Below, piece by piece: positions 14,017-27,155 of a stretch of 64,000 nucleotides of DNA (its first letter is position 1; each line of letters opens with the position of its first letter). The translations under genes and the position numbers were made by a program. The stretch is from Dimorphilus gyrociliatus (taxonomy: Eukaryota; Animalia; Annelida): positions 24,744 through 88,743 of the forward strand of contig CAJFCJ010000061.1 of assembly GCA_904063045.1 (NCBI GenBank), written 5' to 3'. Below the pieces are notes generated by a model. That model did not search any database, was not told where the DNA came from, and worked only from the letters and a program-made list of their open reading frames with translations.

Positions 14017-16654
14017 GGATGTTGTTGAAAACGCCCACTGTTGAAAACGCCCACTGTGCTTGTTGAAACCGCCCACTGTGCTTGTTGAAAACGCCCATTG
14101 TTTTGAACTATTACATTAAACTTACCAAAGCTGTTTAAATACCTTTGAAATTGTAATACTTTATATTGAAATAATACAACTGAAGGAATAAATCTGGTTT
14201 TACAATTGTATTCAGCAAATAGAATCATTTAGAGTAAATATAAAAGATGACAAACAGATTCATGGATGATAAATTGCTGAACATTTTTCCAACAGCTCAC
14301 TTGCACAAATATCACCATTTTCAAACTCATCCCAATATTCATATATTTTCTTCTGAATGTTGGCATAGATTTTTTTTTGCATCCTAGAAATCTTTTTTTC
14401 TGATAGTAGCTTTTGATATACATTAATTAGATCACTTTCTCTTTTTAGTTCATCCACAATGAGGCATTTTCTTGCAAATTTCTGTTGAATTTGTTGTGGA
14501 AACCTTCCAAGTCATTATTTGTTCAAATAGCTCTTTTAAACACTGACCAATTATTTGGTGACCACAAATCATTATCTATCCATGTTTCCTCCATGTATTT
14601 CACAAAATTATTTAATTTGCCAGTCTCAGCTAAGTTCCTTTTAATCTTTTTAAAGTGATGTTTTATAATATTACTGGGAAGAAAAGGAAGAGCTAATATC
14701 ATCTTCATTGCATACCATTCTCCTGTTTTATTTTTGTAGTCTCTACTATAGCCAAGGTCCTAATGTGTTTTTTAAATATTAAAAATTCTTAAAATATCAT
14801 AAAAAATTACTACCTTTATTGTTCTAAATACAAATTTATTTCAGAATACCCTGACACCAATGAAATAGACATCCACCTATTTCTGCATTTTCCCAAACAG
14901 AAAGAATTGCTTTCCAAATTGCCTTTTCAAAATCAATAACAAATCTCTTTGGCTTATAATTATTTGTTAATTCACAAACAGTCTGAAAAAGTTCAAAATC
15001 ACCTTTGGAATATATTTAGAAAAACTTTCATCTTACTTGAAACAACAGTTTATATGCTTTTTTCTTTTTTGAAGACATAAACACATTTAATAGTGGTACT
15101 TGTTTTAATTTCTCATTTTTTTTCAAAAATCCATGTATAGAGAATATTTGTATAAAAGGATTATGGGCATGTTTAAAGGTTCCATCAAGAAACCATGTTT
15201 TAGTTGAGGAAAGAAGTTGCTTATTTGTTGCAAAAATTATAATGCGAAACCCATTTTCATTAATATCTTTTCTTAGAAATCTGTCAGGTAAAAAAGTATA
15301 ATTTAGGAAAACGTTAATACCATCTGGTTCTCTTCGACGATCTTTTCTCTTGTGATAATTGACAATTTGTACACAGGTTGTTAGTTTTGGCAAATTTTCA
15401 GCATCTGTGTGATTTATCAAAACTTCTTCAACAATTCTTCTTCCACTTAATATTAGATTTTCTTGACTTTTATTTTTTAAATAATTTCTTATCAGCAGTT
15501 TTCTCTCATTATCCTTATTTCCCAAATGTATGTGTGCTCTTTTACCTAAAGTAAAAGAACTTCCATTTTGATTGACACTAGCAGGACATCTTTGATTTTT
15601 ATTTCTCCTGCTGCAAATCCATACAGTTCTCTTCTTTGTTTTTAATTTTACATTAAAAGAAAAGCCATTATGAACTAGTAAATCCTTTCCTTTTTGGCTA
15701 CAATTTTCTATAATTTCAAATTTAGATGAATCACAATTTGTAATACTAGGTGATTCTTTTTCAAAAGAGTTTTCTTCAAGATCACTGACTTCAAAATTAG
15801 GATCACTACCAACACTTGAATTTGTAATATCAAGTGAGGGATTATTAATATCCATCACATGTTCATCATACAAATCGTAATGAAATGGTATTTGATAATG
15901 CTGTTGATCATTGCTTTCAATGATATTTTCTGTAGTTGTCTCATTATGTTGATCACATTTTTCAAGTAGTATTATTTTTAAATGGCATTTTGACATTGTT
16001 AAACATACTGAGCAAAGACATTTGTCAGACCCTATTTAATAAATTATAAATATTTAAAAAAAGAAAACAAGTGAAACTAACCATTAATGCACTTCTTATG
16101 ATAATTATGATGACAAAGGTTACATTTGAAGCCAGTGTTGTTTCTTTTAATAAACTTCCTACAAACATTGCATGACACCATGTTGTTTTCAGGGAATGAT
16201 TTTAAGATTTTCAAACTTATTCAATTTTCTTGAAAATTAATTGATTATTTTGTAGACTTTCAAGTAGCAATGTATATTTAATTATTTATACATCAATTAA
16301 GTCATGAATTATGTTTACAACATTAAAATTAACCACAAAAAATTATAAAAATAATAAATTGATCTTACCTCTGACTGAGTGATATTTGGAGAGGAAGTAG
16401 AATTAAAAATGGTGAAAGATTCTTTTGTAAAAATAAAAACTGGTAGTAGAAGATTTTTTTTAAATGATCAAATTTTATTTATAATTCTTTGGCAATCAAT
16501 TTTGATATTCTCTGTTTCAATAAAATAAATATATTAAGAACACATATTAAAAGTTTTAATATTAATAATCAATAATCCTAAAATTGATTATAAACATATT
16601 TTAAACCAAAGTGGGCAGTTTCAACAAGCACAGTGGGCGTTTTCAGCAACCCCC
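14017..16654 (-). mobile_element. MULE 'C' (2638 bp), defective PHD-FLYWCH-MULE transposase
   Basis: 9-bp TSD GGTTATTTA at 14008-14016 and 16655-16663. TIRs are GG..GTTG.TGAAAACGCCCAC arrays. ATG at 16181; PHD exon 16181-16082. There are stops in exons 3 and 4. Confidence 0.95.
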
Positions 16655-18805
16655 GGTTATTTATATACTATAAAAGGACACAGAGAACACTTTAGAATAT
16701 GGAGATGCAGTGTGAGAAATCAAAAAAAAAATGTCCTGCAAGCATAAATGAATATAAAGGTAATTGTCAAATTGGCTCTAAGCAGCACATTCATCCTCCA
16801 ACAGCAAATTTGGAAAAGATCATAGAAATGAAAATTAAAATAAGAGAAAGAGCAAATAAAGATTTAAATGTCAGCAGCAAAAGAATAGTTGAAGATTCTT
16901 ATCTGCAAAATGAAAATGTGTCCAATTTTCCAAAGATGTCAACATCAAAAGCAATTGTTAACTACCAAAGGAGAAAAAACAGGCCAAAGGAACCTGCTAA
17001 GATGTGGTTTTTAGATGGAACTTTTAAAGTTGTAAATCCTCCATTCAAACAGCTGTTTTCCACTCACTCATTTCTAAAAAAAGATGGTGTTTTTCCTCTT
17101 CTTTTTGCAATGACATCATCAAAAAAGAAAATCTGTTATTCCCTTTTATTTAACGTATATTATTAATATTTTTAAAAAAGTCTACAAATATTTCTGCAGG
17201 CTATAAAAAAATTGATTGCTGAAAAATCACCAAATAAAATATTGGTAGATTTTGAAAGAGCCATTTGGAAGAATTTACAAAAGCATTTTCGAGATGCTGA
17301 AGTAAAAGGCTGTTTATTTCACTGGACTCAGGCAGTTTTCAGAAAGATTCAAGTACAAATTCATTTTGTGTTGAATATTTTCTTTAAAATTAATTTTCTT
17401 TCTGTTTTCATAGGAATTTGGTTATTCTGGTGAATATAAAAACCACTCTGGGCAAAAAACTGAAATGAAAAAGCTATTGGCTTTACCATTCCTACCTGCT
17501 GATGTTATTCCAAATGAATTTTATAAAATAAAGCAACATTTGAAAGCAATTGAGAAGTTGCAGGACCTAAAAACTTATATTGAGGATACTTGGATTGAAC
17601 ATAACATGTGGACACCCTCTTCTTGTTCAGCATATGAATCTTCAATCAGGACAAATAATGATATTGAGGGATTCCACAATAGGTTAAATATAAATGTTGG
17701 CAATTCTAAATCTTTCTACAATCTGATAGATGAACTAAAAAGAGAGGCTGATCTCATTCCAATTTATCAACAAATGCTCTAAAATATATTTTTCACATTG
17801 GATACATGTTATTCTTTTAGTTTAAGTAGTTACTTTTAGTGCTTTATTTTTGGTATGGTGCTTTTCATGTTATTTTAGTAAATAAATCACTTCGGACTAT
17901 TATTATAATTTTAAGTTTCCAATATTTTTTTAACATTTATATTTATCATTTTCTAAATAAAAATAAGTCTTTGGCCATTTTCAATCAAACTTCTGGATGT
18001 TTTCAATCAAACCTCTGGCCATTTTCAATCAAGCCTATGGCCACTTTCAACTGACCTCTGGCCATTTTCTACTAGTCCCCTGCAGGATGAATGTCCTTGA
18101 GGTATCCATCCTTTGGAAGAGGTTAACATTGGCCATACATTTATTTGAGTTTATAATTTTACAAGGCAAAAGCTATGGCCGAAAGAACCAAATTTTATTA
18201 TTTAAATAGAGATTTCATTCCAGATGATTTTTTGCAAGATGATATACATGAAAATAAAGAGAAAATTCTTATTTTTACTAACAGTCACGAACTTAATCTG
18301 CTGGGTCAGTCAAATCACTGGTTTATTGATGGAACATTCAAGATTCTGAAGGATCTATTTTATCAGCTCTTATCTATACACAGCTATGTAAAAATGAAAC
18401 ATGTTCCCTTACCATTTATCTTTATGACATCAAAAAAAGAAGCTATAAAAAGCATTTAAGGCATAAGTTTGAGGAACTTATTCTTCAACTTTTAAAAATC
18501 TATTTCATATTTCAGAGTATTAGACACCTGATTGGCATGTCACCACCTGAGAAAATTACAATTGACCTTGAGATGGGTCTGTGGAGAGCTATATCCAAAA
18601 TATATCCAGAATCAAAAATTCATGGATGTGTATTCCATTTCACACAAGCAATATACAGGAAACTGCCTGTATAATATTCATTTTAAATTAACATTTCAAA
18701 AAAAGGACAATTTCATATTTATAGAACTCAAAGCAAGAACTGAGATAATTAATTTCAGTTGTAGTAAGTTAGGAAGAGGTTTATTCTATAATTTCTACAT
18801 TAATA

Positions 18806-20046
18806 CAGTACCGGCGGTAAGTCACTGTTACACCTCAAAAAAATAATATTTTCTTGATTTTTTCTCTTTCCACGCCTAAAGAATGAAAATGAAGGATATT
18901 ATTATATTTAATAATATTCTTCTTATCATTATAGAAAGAAAATATATGTTTTTAATTTAAAGGCATCTAAATCAAACCCCAAGTGGACGGCCCATCAGGT
19001 ATTATATAATTCTGTTATACCAATATCTCTTTCTCTAACAACAGTGAAGCAGGTACTACGAAAAAATAACTTAAATGGGAGAATTGCAGCCAAAAAACCT
19101 GCTTTATCTAAGAGGCAGATAATAAGTAGGAAAGAGTTCTGTAGAGAGAGAGAAAACTGGGGGATTGAAAATTGGAAAAAAGTAATTTTTTCTGATAAAT
19201 CAAAGGTTGAGCTGCATCCTAGGAGAAGGGAGTTTGTTAGGAGGCCACCAGGTAAATGGAATGACCCCAAATATACCACAAAAACAGTAAAATTTGGGGG
19301 AGGGAATATAATGGTGTTTGGCTACATTAAGTTCAATGGAGATAGGGGCCTAGCTTTAGTATCTAATCACATGACAGCTTCGGATTATGTCAAAATTTTG
19401 AGCAGTCATGTTGTCCCAAATTATAGGAGAGGGGAAATTTTCCAGCAGGATGGGGCTAGCTGTCATACAGCAGCCAGAACAAAAGTGTACCTCGAGAGAA
19501 AGGGAGTAGAAACACTGGATCCATGGCCAGCAAACAGCCCAGACCTGAACATAATTGAGCAAATATGGGGCATATGCAAAAAACATTTAATGGCACATAA
19601 GCCAAGAAACAAGGATGAGCTGTGGGAGATGTTCAGAGAGGAATTTTATAAAATTTCAGAATTGGAAATTCAATTCTTATATGAGACAATGGAAAGAAGG
19701 CTTAGGGCAGTTGTAGAAGCTAAGGGTATGCACACAAAATATTAAGGCATTAAAAAATATAATATCCTGTAAATAACAGTCAAAATAAGAACAAAAAAAT
19801 ATTTTTAATATTCTTTTAGAGTAATTTTTGTGATTGTTAACAAGTACTTATGCTCCCATAGAAAATAGGCCTACCACATTAAAATATCAATAATTCAGAG
19901 ATTTGAAATATATTTTCTCTCTATAATGATAAGAAGAATATTACTAAATATAATAATATCCTTCATTTTCATTCTTTAAATACGGAAAGAGAAAAAATCA
20001 AGAAAATATTATTTTTTTGAGGTGTAACAGTGACTTACCGCCGGTA
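18806..20046 (+). mobile_element. Tc1-like element with DD35E transposase (N-terminal HTH partly deleted)
   Basis: TA at 18804-05 followed by a ~140-bp TIR (CAGTACCGGCGGTAAGTCAC) that matches 19908-20046. The ORF is open from ~18957 to 19745 with VIFSD, FQQDG and WPANSPDLNIIE; 35 codons lie between the second D and the E. Confidence 0.95.
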
Positions 20047-20202
20047 GTTGGGATTAGGTTAGGAACAATATTCAAGCAATTGATTTGTAATTAGGTGGGT
20101 CCAAACTAAGGGTTAAGAACAGTAAAACCCTAAAAACAGGCTCCAGGGCTGGGTTAGGGTTTGGGTAAAACTGAAAAACTGTGGGCGTTTTCAACAACAT
20201 CC
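20047..20202. mobile_element. Right half of a C-type MITE with telomere-like interior
   Basis: Ends with GTGGGCGTTTTCAACAACATCC, the exact reverse complement of the left 22 bp of MULE C; the interior matches 39130-39260. Confidence 0.8.
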
Positions 20203-21227
20203 CAAAAATAGTGCTCTTGGTAAAGAATTGCTTTGTGTCAAGGTGAAAATATGTGTTTACATATATTGATGATGAAAAAGTTGATAAAGGATTGAGAGGA
20301 CAAGCATTGACAACAGCTATTTTATCCTACTATGAATAATCATTAAAATTATTTAAGTGTCTAAGTTCTGTATAGAAAGAATGGCCAATAGAAAGAACAT
20401 CCCTAATATGGACATACTTTGTTCTTTTACTCCGCAGTCAGCAGCAAAATTTGTTTAAAAACTTAAATATTCTAAAAGAAAATTTAATTATTAAAAACGT
20501 GTCTTTAAACTTCAAAGATTCTATTTAATCAACACAAGGGTTAGAACAGATATTGAAACAATTAAATCAATTTACACTATTAGTTAGGAATATTAAACAA
20601 TAGAAAATTATTGTTAATATCTTAAACTATAAATCAACCATTTTGTATTGATATACAAAAACAGTGCTGACATTATACAGTTTCACAAAGAGGTCCTCAT
20701 ATAGAAGTTGTAAATAAAATTTTATTGGCATGTGCAATTTGATCACAACTAAAACATTAATGTAACAAAAAAATAGCAATTACAGAATTATCATTGCCAC
20801 AACAATACTAAAATTGTACTTTGTCATATTGGAATTGTAGGAATTTATGAATAATCATACAATCATTTAACAGGTCTACCAGTTTACCATTCTAAATATA
20901 GAAAGAAAGAATCTAACTAAAATATTTTTAAAAATTTTGGAAACTTCTTATACCTTTTATTTTCAGAATTTATTTTTTGAAGAATAAAGTATTTCGCAAA
21001 AAAATTGAAACACCAACTGGATAGGCTGAACATTAAAAATCTTTTCACAAAGAAAAAGTTGTTTTTCTGAATTTTGAGGAAAAGAAGTGATTTTTCTTCA
21101 ATAGAATTAGGTTGTTTAAAGGGTACTTTATACAATTTAATATAATATTTCTTTTTTACAGCTTTCTAAAACATTTTTTTTTACTTTAGACAACAGGTAG
21201 TTTTTCACAATTTTCTTATATAATTTA

Positions 21228-22412
21228 AAGTGTGACATAAGTATCCATATGAACATGTTTTTTGTCTAAATAGTTATAAATCATTCGAATTTCGAACAAT
21301 TTGAAATTATCAGACAATTCTTTCAACTTAGTAGCTAATATAATACCATAAGCAAATAGGAGAGCTTGCAAGACAGAAAAAAACACAGATGACCTATGAT
21401 GAACTCCAAGAGGATTTGAATATCCCTAGGTCATGTCTTCAATACATTTGTGAAGGTAGAAGGGAAGGACAGCCTAAGAGAAGAAGCAGACCTTCAAAAT
21501 TAAGTTTTAAGAACAAAATCTCTAATCAGAAGAGAATGTGCAAGATTGCAGAAAAGGAGAGAGCTAGCTACTGCTAATATAATCAAGCAGAATTTAGGGC
21601 TGGATATCTCAAAGAGAACCATCCAAAGGATTCTAAAGCAAGAAGGAGCAAGCTATGTAGCTCTTCCAAAAATTTGCGCTCTGTCAACAAAAGCTAAAAA
21701 TACTCGAATGGCTTTGGTAGGTGGCTGGATCCAACAACAGATTAATTTAAGCAAAGTGATCTTTACTGATGATTCTAGGTTTGTCTAGATGGTCCAGATC
21801 ACCTATTAACTTGGCAACTAGATGATAGGCCAAGACTCTCAAGGGATAAGCTTCCTGTTGGTGGAGGAAGAGTGATGGTGTGGGGGAATATATTCTCAGA
21901 TGGTGAAGTTGTCATCCAAAGACTTCCCTCTAACATCACTGGAGAAATTTACTCCGAGTTCATTCAGGGGAGAGTTTTTCCAATATTGAGGGAAAAATTT
22001 GGTGAAGACTTCATCTGGCAGAGGATAATGCACCTCCACACAGTGCCAGGGTAACAATTGATACACTGGAGCAATCCAAGTGCTAGATTGGCCTCCATAT
22101 TCACAGACCTCAACCCCATAGAAAATTTGTTGGGTTATTTAAAACAAAATGTCTATGAAACAAGTAGGTCCCAAACTCTTGACCATTAAAGGGACAGAAT
22201 ACAAGCTGAAACAGAAAAAATAAATAGAAACAACAGAGGCTATGTACAACATTTGTATGAAGGAATAGGAGGAAGAATTGGGCAAGTTATTGCCAACAAA
22301 GATGACAGGATAGGAAAATAACTCCTTTATTAACACAAAATATAGAAATGTAACAAAAATATGAAGACAAACTAGTTAATTGATGCTATATGGAAATTTT
22401 TGACACACTATT
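21228..22412 (+). mobile_element. Degenerate Tc1-like element
   Basis: Frameshifted motifs VIFTDDSRF, VMVWGNIFSDG, QDNAPPH and WPPYS.DLNPIENL; weak TIR remnants. Confidence 0.8.
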
Positions 22413-22699
22413 TTTCTGTTCTTTTTTAAGATTATTAAACATTAAAAAAAAAATTATTTTTTTAGAATAAAAATATTTTTTTAAGCAAACCGAATCCAAA
22501 TTTCAAATTCAAACATATTCTTCAACAAATATTTAAAAAAAACCAAAAAAATTAATCTTAGAAATAAAAAAAAAAAGCTCTTTTATCAAAAAAAGTTTTT
22601 CTTTCATATATGGATCTTTCTGTCGCAGACTGTTTATATGAATAACTTCTAAATAGAGTTTGGGTAAGTTTTTATTAATTTCTTTGGTATTATATTATG

Positions 22700-23745
22700 T
22701 ATTGTTTTATTGATTTTTTTACTTATTTGGCTGCTACCGCATAATAATTGGAACTGGGGGTTTAATGTTCATATTTTTTCTATTTTTCAATGTAATCACC
22801 CTCTTTTTCTAAACACTTTCTGACTCTATGCCCTATTCCCTGTATAAATTTGGTAACAAGCCCGGTTGCCTTTTTATAACCTCATAAGAACACTTTTGGA
22901 TTTTCTTTGGATAATTCCTCCTCAGATTGGAATTGTGGACCATCATAAACAACTTTTTTGGTGAGATGCCAGATATTCTCAATTGGGCTGAGGTCAGGGC
23001 CAATCAAGAGGGTGGATGCCATTCATCTGAAAGGCTCTTTTAGTTGTCTTAGCAGTCTTGCTGGAGGATGTTCTGCCTCCCCATTTTAGCTAATATATCT
23101 TCTATTACAGGAAGAAAATCTTCCATAATAAAACTGCTATAGTTGTCAGCATTCAGTTTTTCTGTATCCTCAATATCTCAAATATTCCATCAGATGCTAT
23201 GAGTCCCCAAACCATTGTTCCACCTCTGCCCATATTTTTCATCACCCTGAAGTCTTTTTCACCATGATTTGTCGATGTTCTGAAGTCATCAGGGCCATTT
23301 AGTGAGAAGTTAGTCTTGTTGGTGAAAATTAATTTAGACCAGTTTAGATTATCACTGATCATTTTAAGGCAATACATTTTTCTTCTTTCTCAATTGTTGG
23401 ATGTGAGGTCAGGTCTTTGTCTCACTCATTTATACTTGACATTTTGTCTTTTCAGCTCCCTCTGAATTGCTGCTATGATTACTTCTACTTCTAATTTCTG
23501 TAAAATTTTTCCTGCTACTTATTTTCAATTTCTTTATTATTCTTTTCATCCTGCCTATGTCTCTCTCTGTAAGTCTCTTTGGATGACCTTATTCTCCTGT
23601 TCTGGTGGATTGTATTGTAGAATATTGTCAACTGATGATGGTGTCATCCCCAAAACCCTTGCTGTTGCTCTTAATATTCCTATTTCCTTATATTTCCTTA
23701 GTACAAGATCCCTAATGTCTTTACTCCACATCATGGTTAAATAAA
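22700..23745 (-). mobile_element. Degenerate Tc1-like element
   Basis: MWSKDIRDLVLRKYKE (HTH start), LIFTNKTNFSLNGPD and TMVWGLIASDG, with frameshifts. Confidence 0.75.
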
Positions 23746-24227
23746 TAAAATAAAAATTAACTAATATAATTAAAATTGACAATATTAGATAAACTTAACT
23801 TGGAAAATTGAATAAGTCAAAAAAATTTTAGTTTACTATGTATTTTTTATTGGCAAACCAGACATCAAGTGTTTATTCTAATAATTATGAAATGTGGCCA
23901 AATAAAGAAAAAATTGATGAAAATTACAAAAAATATTTTGCTAATAATATTCCCAAAAATCATCATTTTCTCAATTTTATTCAATATTATGTAAATATTA
24001 CTCTTTATCTATGTAAATTTAGACAAAAAAGACTACTTTTGTGGGAAAAAACATTTTTGACCCTTATTTTAAATTTGGCCTATCAAAATTTAGAGTGTTC
24101 CAAAATTTATGCGGATTACTGCATAGCTGACAAATGTATGTGTACAGGATGAACATTAAGGATAAAATATTTATCAGTTTGACTTGAAGTGTAAAAAAAG
24201 CCTACAGTTTTCTATATTTTTACAGTT

Positions 24228-24850
24228 GTTGTACTTTGCTGTATCTCGATCATAGGAATTTTGTTCTCTTCCCAACTGTAGTTGTCTGTGCTGCTTATTT
24301 AATAACACCCTAAAATATTGGTCCAAATAGAACCTCAAGTTTGTATTAAACTTTCAACAGTGTACTGCCCTTGCTTGGCCAATTTATAAGTTTACAAGTT
24401 AAAACAGTACTGGTTCTACTCAAACCTTTAAACAAATGTTTAAATTTTAAATGGTTTATTTAATGTAGAATACTTATGCAAATAACAATATCAAAGTTCA
24501 ATAGCAGAGCAGATAATTTGTAATAACAGGTCGCTAAATTACTAAACTGTCTTCCTATGTTGAAGAGTAGAAAGCTTGTTCCAATGAAGGTTGTTTCTAT
24601 AAGATTTTCTAAGATGATTAGGCTGGGATGTGATGATTTGAATGAAAACAGTGAGGGTTATGTTCTTTGAGGTTTGCTTTTGATATCCAATCATCACTTT
24701 ACAGTTGCTGAACTGTCTAGTTCATATTTATCTTCAGAAACAGGATGTTACAAGGCTCAAGACTTAAGAAGGCTAATTGAAATATAATTTGACCAAACCT
24801 TAACTGGCATATAATGATTAACCTTAAGGATGACTAACCAAGTCTATGTT
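24228..24850. repeat. Divergent R1-related repeat (R2)
   Basis: The left part matches 3029-3140 and the remainder matches 28760-29230. The R1 terminal motif also occurs at 24124-24146. Confidence 0.7.
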
Positions 24851-25039
24851 TGGGCAAATGTTAATGCGTTTTCTTGCATAGCTTCTTTAAGAGACTACAG
24901 GTATAACTTGTTGCATAAATTAATATAGTTTAAGCATGAAATATAACCAAATTTCTGAATAAAATTTTAATGGATTTCTTATTGAGAGATATTACAGAAG
25001 AGAAAAATTGTTGTATTGTATTTGGTACAAAACATCAAA

Positions 25040-25165
25040 TTACATTTATTAAGATGAAAGTTTGTGGATGAACTTTAAAGGTTCTATTTGTTTGAGTACT
25101 TTGGCAAGTTGGTAAATGATTGGAAAGGACGATTACAGTTGTGACGAACCAGAAATCATTTCTTC
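25040..25165. repeat. R1 fragment, inverted
   Basis: Reverse complement of 3060-3160. Confidence 0.85.
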
Positions 25166-25204
25166 AGGTATTACTGGATATTTTAGTTGGACGTGGTTAG
25201 GGTT

Positions 25205-25314
25205 GTGGTTGATTTTGATGCTGCTCTATAGAGACATCCAAGAGTCATTCCCAAGCACTCTAATTCAAGCATGTGTTTACCACTTTAAAAATGCAGTTTT
25301 CAAAAAAATACAAG
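25205..25314 (+). mobile_element. Divergent MULE transposase exon fragment
   Basis: VDFD..(frameshift)..ESFPSTLIQACVYHFKNAVFKKIQ followed by GTAAGT, at the same intron position as the other copies. Confidence 0.65.
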
Positions 25315-25639
25315 TAAGTTTTATATTGATGACAACTTAGAACTTCAAAGTTACCTCTAATATAGAACTTGGGATATATAAACAATTATAAAGAGAAAGA
25401 TTACCAAAAAAAAAAATAAACCCAATTGTAGAAACCAATGAGGTATGCCCAATACTATTTTGACCATTCATTTAGAATAGCATTGAAATAATATGCAAAA
25501 AACTGGATTTTACTGAAATAGAAAGAATCACTTTTAAGTTTATTTCCATTTAAAGTATTTACAGTCTTTGTTAAAAACTATTCAATAAAAAATATCATTT
25601 TGAAAGATATTGTATTGCAAAAAGTAGAATATCTACTAA

Positions 25640-26186
25640 CTATTTTGAGACTGGAACATTGCAAAGAATTACCTTAGCCAGCTTACTTCCCAGATCTTTC
25701 CCCCATAGAGAATGCATGGCACATGTTGAAGAATCTTGTATATGACGGCCCCCCAATTTACTAAAAAGGAAACTTTGTGGAACTGTATCCAAAAAAAATT
25801 GGAAATTTTGAATAAAAGACGGAAGAAGGATTTAATCACCCTTCATAACTCCCTGCTAAAGAAAAGATTGGACTGCATTAATAAAATGGCTTGAAGCTAA
25901 AATACTAATTTTTCTAAATGTATGTTTTAAAATTAATAAATATATAAAATATAGGGGAGGTATGTAAAATTTGCTAGCCTTTTCCAAAAATTTCCATATG
26001 GAATTATACATACTCACAAAATAGGTAAATAATTAGTAAACTAGGAGAGGTAGAGAGTATCTGAAAACTAGACAAAATTTCCTACATTTTAGTCAATATT
26101 TGTTTAAAAGAAGGCCATTGATTACCCTAAAAAATAGCCCTTATAAAAAAGCAGTCCATTGAATGAAAAATGTCTTTCACCACTGT
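25640..26186 (+). mobile_element. Tc1-like 3' fragment
   Basis: PDLSPIENAWHMLKNLVY motif; Tc1-like terminus ...TTTCACCACTG followed by TA at ~26185. Confidence 0.6.
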
Positions 26187-26401
26187 ATAGGAATCTGTAC
26201 CGCTAAATATTCCTGTGACTAACAATAGTAAATTTACATAAGGATTTATAATAAACATATCCATATGACAATATGAAGATGGGCCATCTGTATTCAAGCA
26301 ATGATATCTTTTAATCTAATCAACAGTTACAATGTGCTAGATTTGAACACTGAATTCTACTAGTTTTTCTCTTCTTTCCTTTTCATTTGAGTTAATTACT
26401 A

Positions 26402-26806
26402 ATGGAATTAAAGAGAAAAACATTTGTCTTATCGTCAATTTTTCTCCTATTGCTTTGTTGTTTTGTCAATAGAACATTCTATGTGAAGACAGGAAAACAT
26501 ATTACAGATGTAAACAAAGATGAGTTATTATATTCTAAAGATATTATCAAATATTTAAACAAGTCAGAAGTTTATGATTTCAATGTTAAGAATTTCAAGG
26601 TGTTTGAATTTTATTCAGGATATTTTATTTCACACGATTCTACAGTTAATTATAAAGGAAACAAAAGATTCGATAAAGGAACTGGAATTGAAATTGAAAG
26701 GGCCGACCAATCGATGATGTATCATTTTAACAGAAAAACACTAAAAGATATGAATGCAATCTTAGTTTATTCAGAAGACAGAAATTTCTCAAAGGAAAAA
26801 TATTAA
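26402..26806 (+). CDS. Unknown protein with an N-terminal hydrophobic segment (type II membrane-like), possibly truncated
   Basis: 134-aa ORF with the segment FVLSSIFLLLLCCFV; no family recognised. Confidence 0.3.
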   Translation: MELKRKTFVLSSIFLLLLCCFVNRTFYVKTGKHITDVNKDELLYSKDIIKYLNKSEVYDFNVKNFKVFEFYSGYFISHDSTVNYKGNKRFDKGTGIEIERADQSMMYHFNRKTLKDMNAILVYSEDRNFSKEKY

Positions 26807-27155
26807 GCGAAAAATTTTATAATGAAGATGTAGAAGTGTGGTTAAAGGGAGTATTATGTGATTAAGAGAAAATGTTGCAACAGGTTAAAGTTTGAGAATA
26901 TATGTTGGAGACATTTTGGAATAATCTCCAAAAAAGACAAATTTGCCAACTGATAGATTAGGGTAACATTAATAACTTGAAAATAAGCACATTTTCTCTT
27001 AATTCCAATTAAATTTCCCAATTTCTTCTTTTCTTTTAAAAACTGCAATATGTCTCTTAATGATAACATAGAAATGTGTCAACACTTTGCGATAATAAAC
27101 TTTAATGAAGAAGTTGATACTAAACTGAAAATCCATCTCCAAGATCTCCAGCATC

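Larger units (their letters stand above)
9709..18080 (+). mobile_element. MULE 'D', host of nested elements A and C
   Basis: The left array TTGAAAAYRGCCA at 9709-9810 is the inverted match of 17940-18080. ATG at 10139; the PHD exon is split by A and the FLYWCH exon by C. WFLDGTFK, ILVDFE, GCLFHW and TNNDIEGFH are present. The left terminus is eroded and no TSD was found. Confidence 0.85.
6621..18750 (+). mobile_element. Outer MULE 'B2' (B-like family), fragmented by nested insertions
   Basis: B-like terminus at 6621. The 5'UTR at 9235-9560 is homologous to that of B1. PHD exon 9564-9663 reads MAFKCHNCYSTIYGRQKYLKCSLCKNLIHRKCT. DDE-domain sequence resumes after 18080 (LNRDFIPDDF...HWFIDGTFK). 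No right TIR or TSD was found. Confidence 0.65.

Noticed and set aside
14515-14530. CGA-to-TGA stops as a signature of methylation-driven decay
   Set aside because: Only a few plausible cases exist and other lesions are not at CpG; a consensus-based count is needed.
20385-20540. Possible hAT BED-finger remnant (RTSLIWTYF)
   Set aside because: The Cys/His ligands and a downstream transposase could not be recovered.
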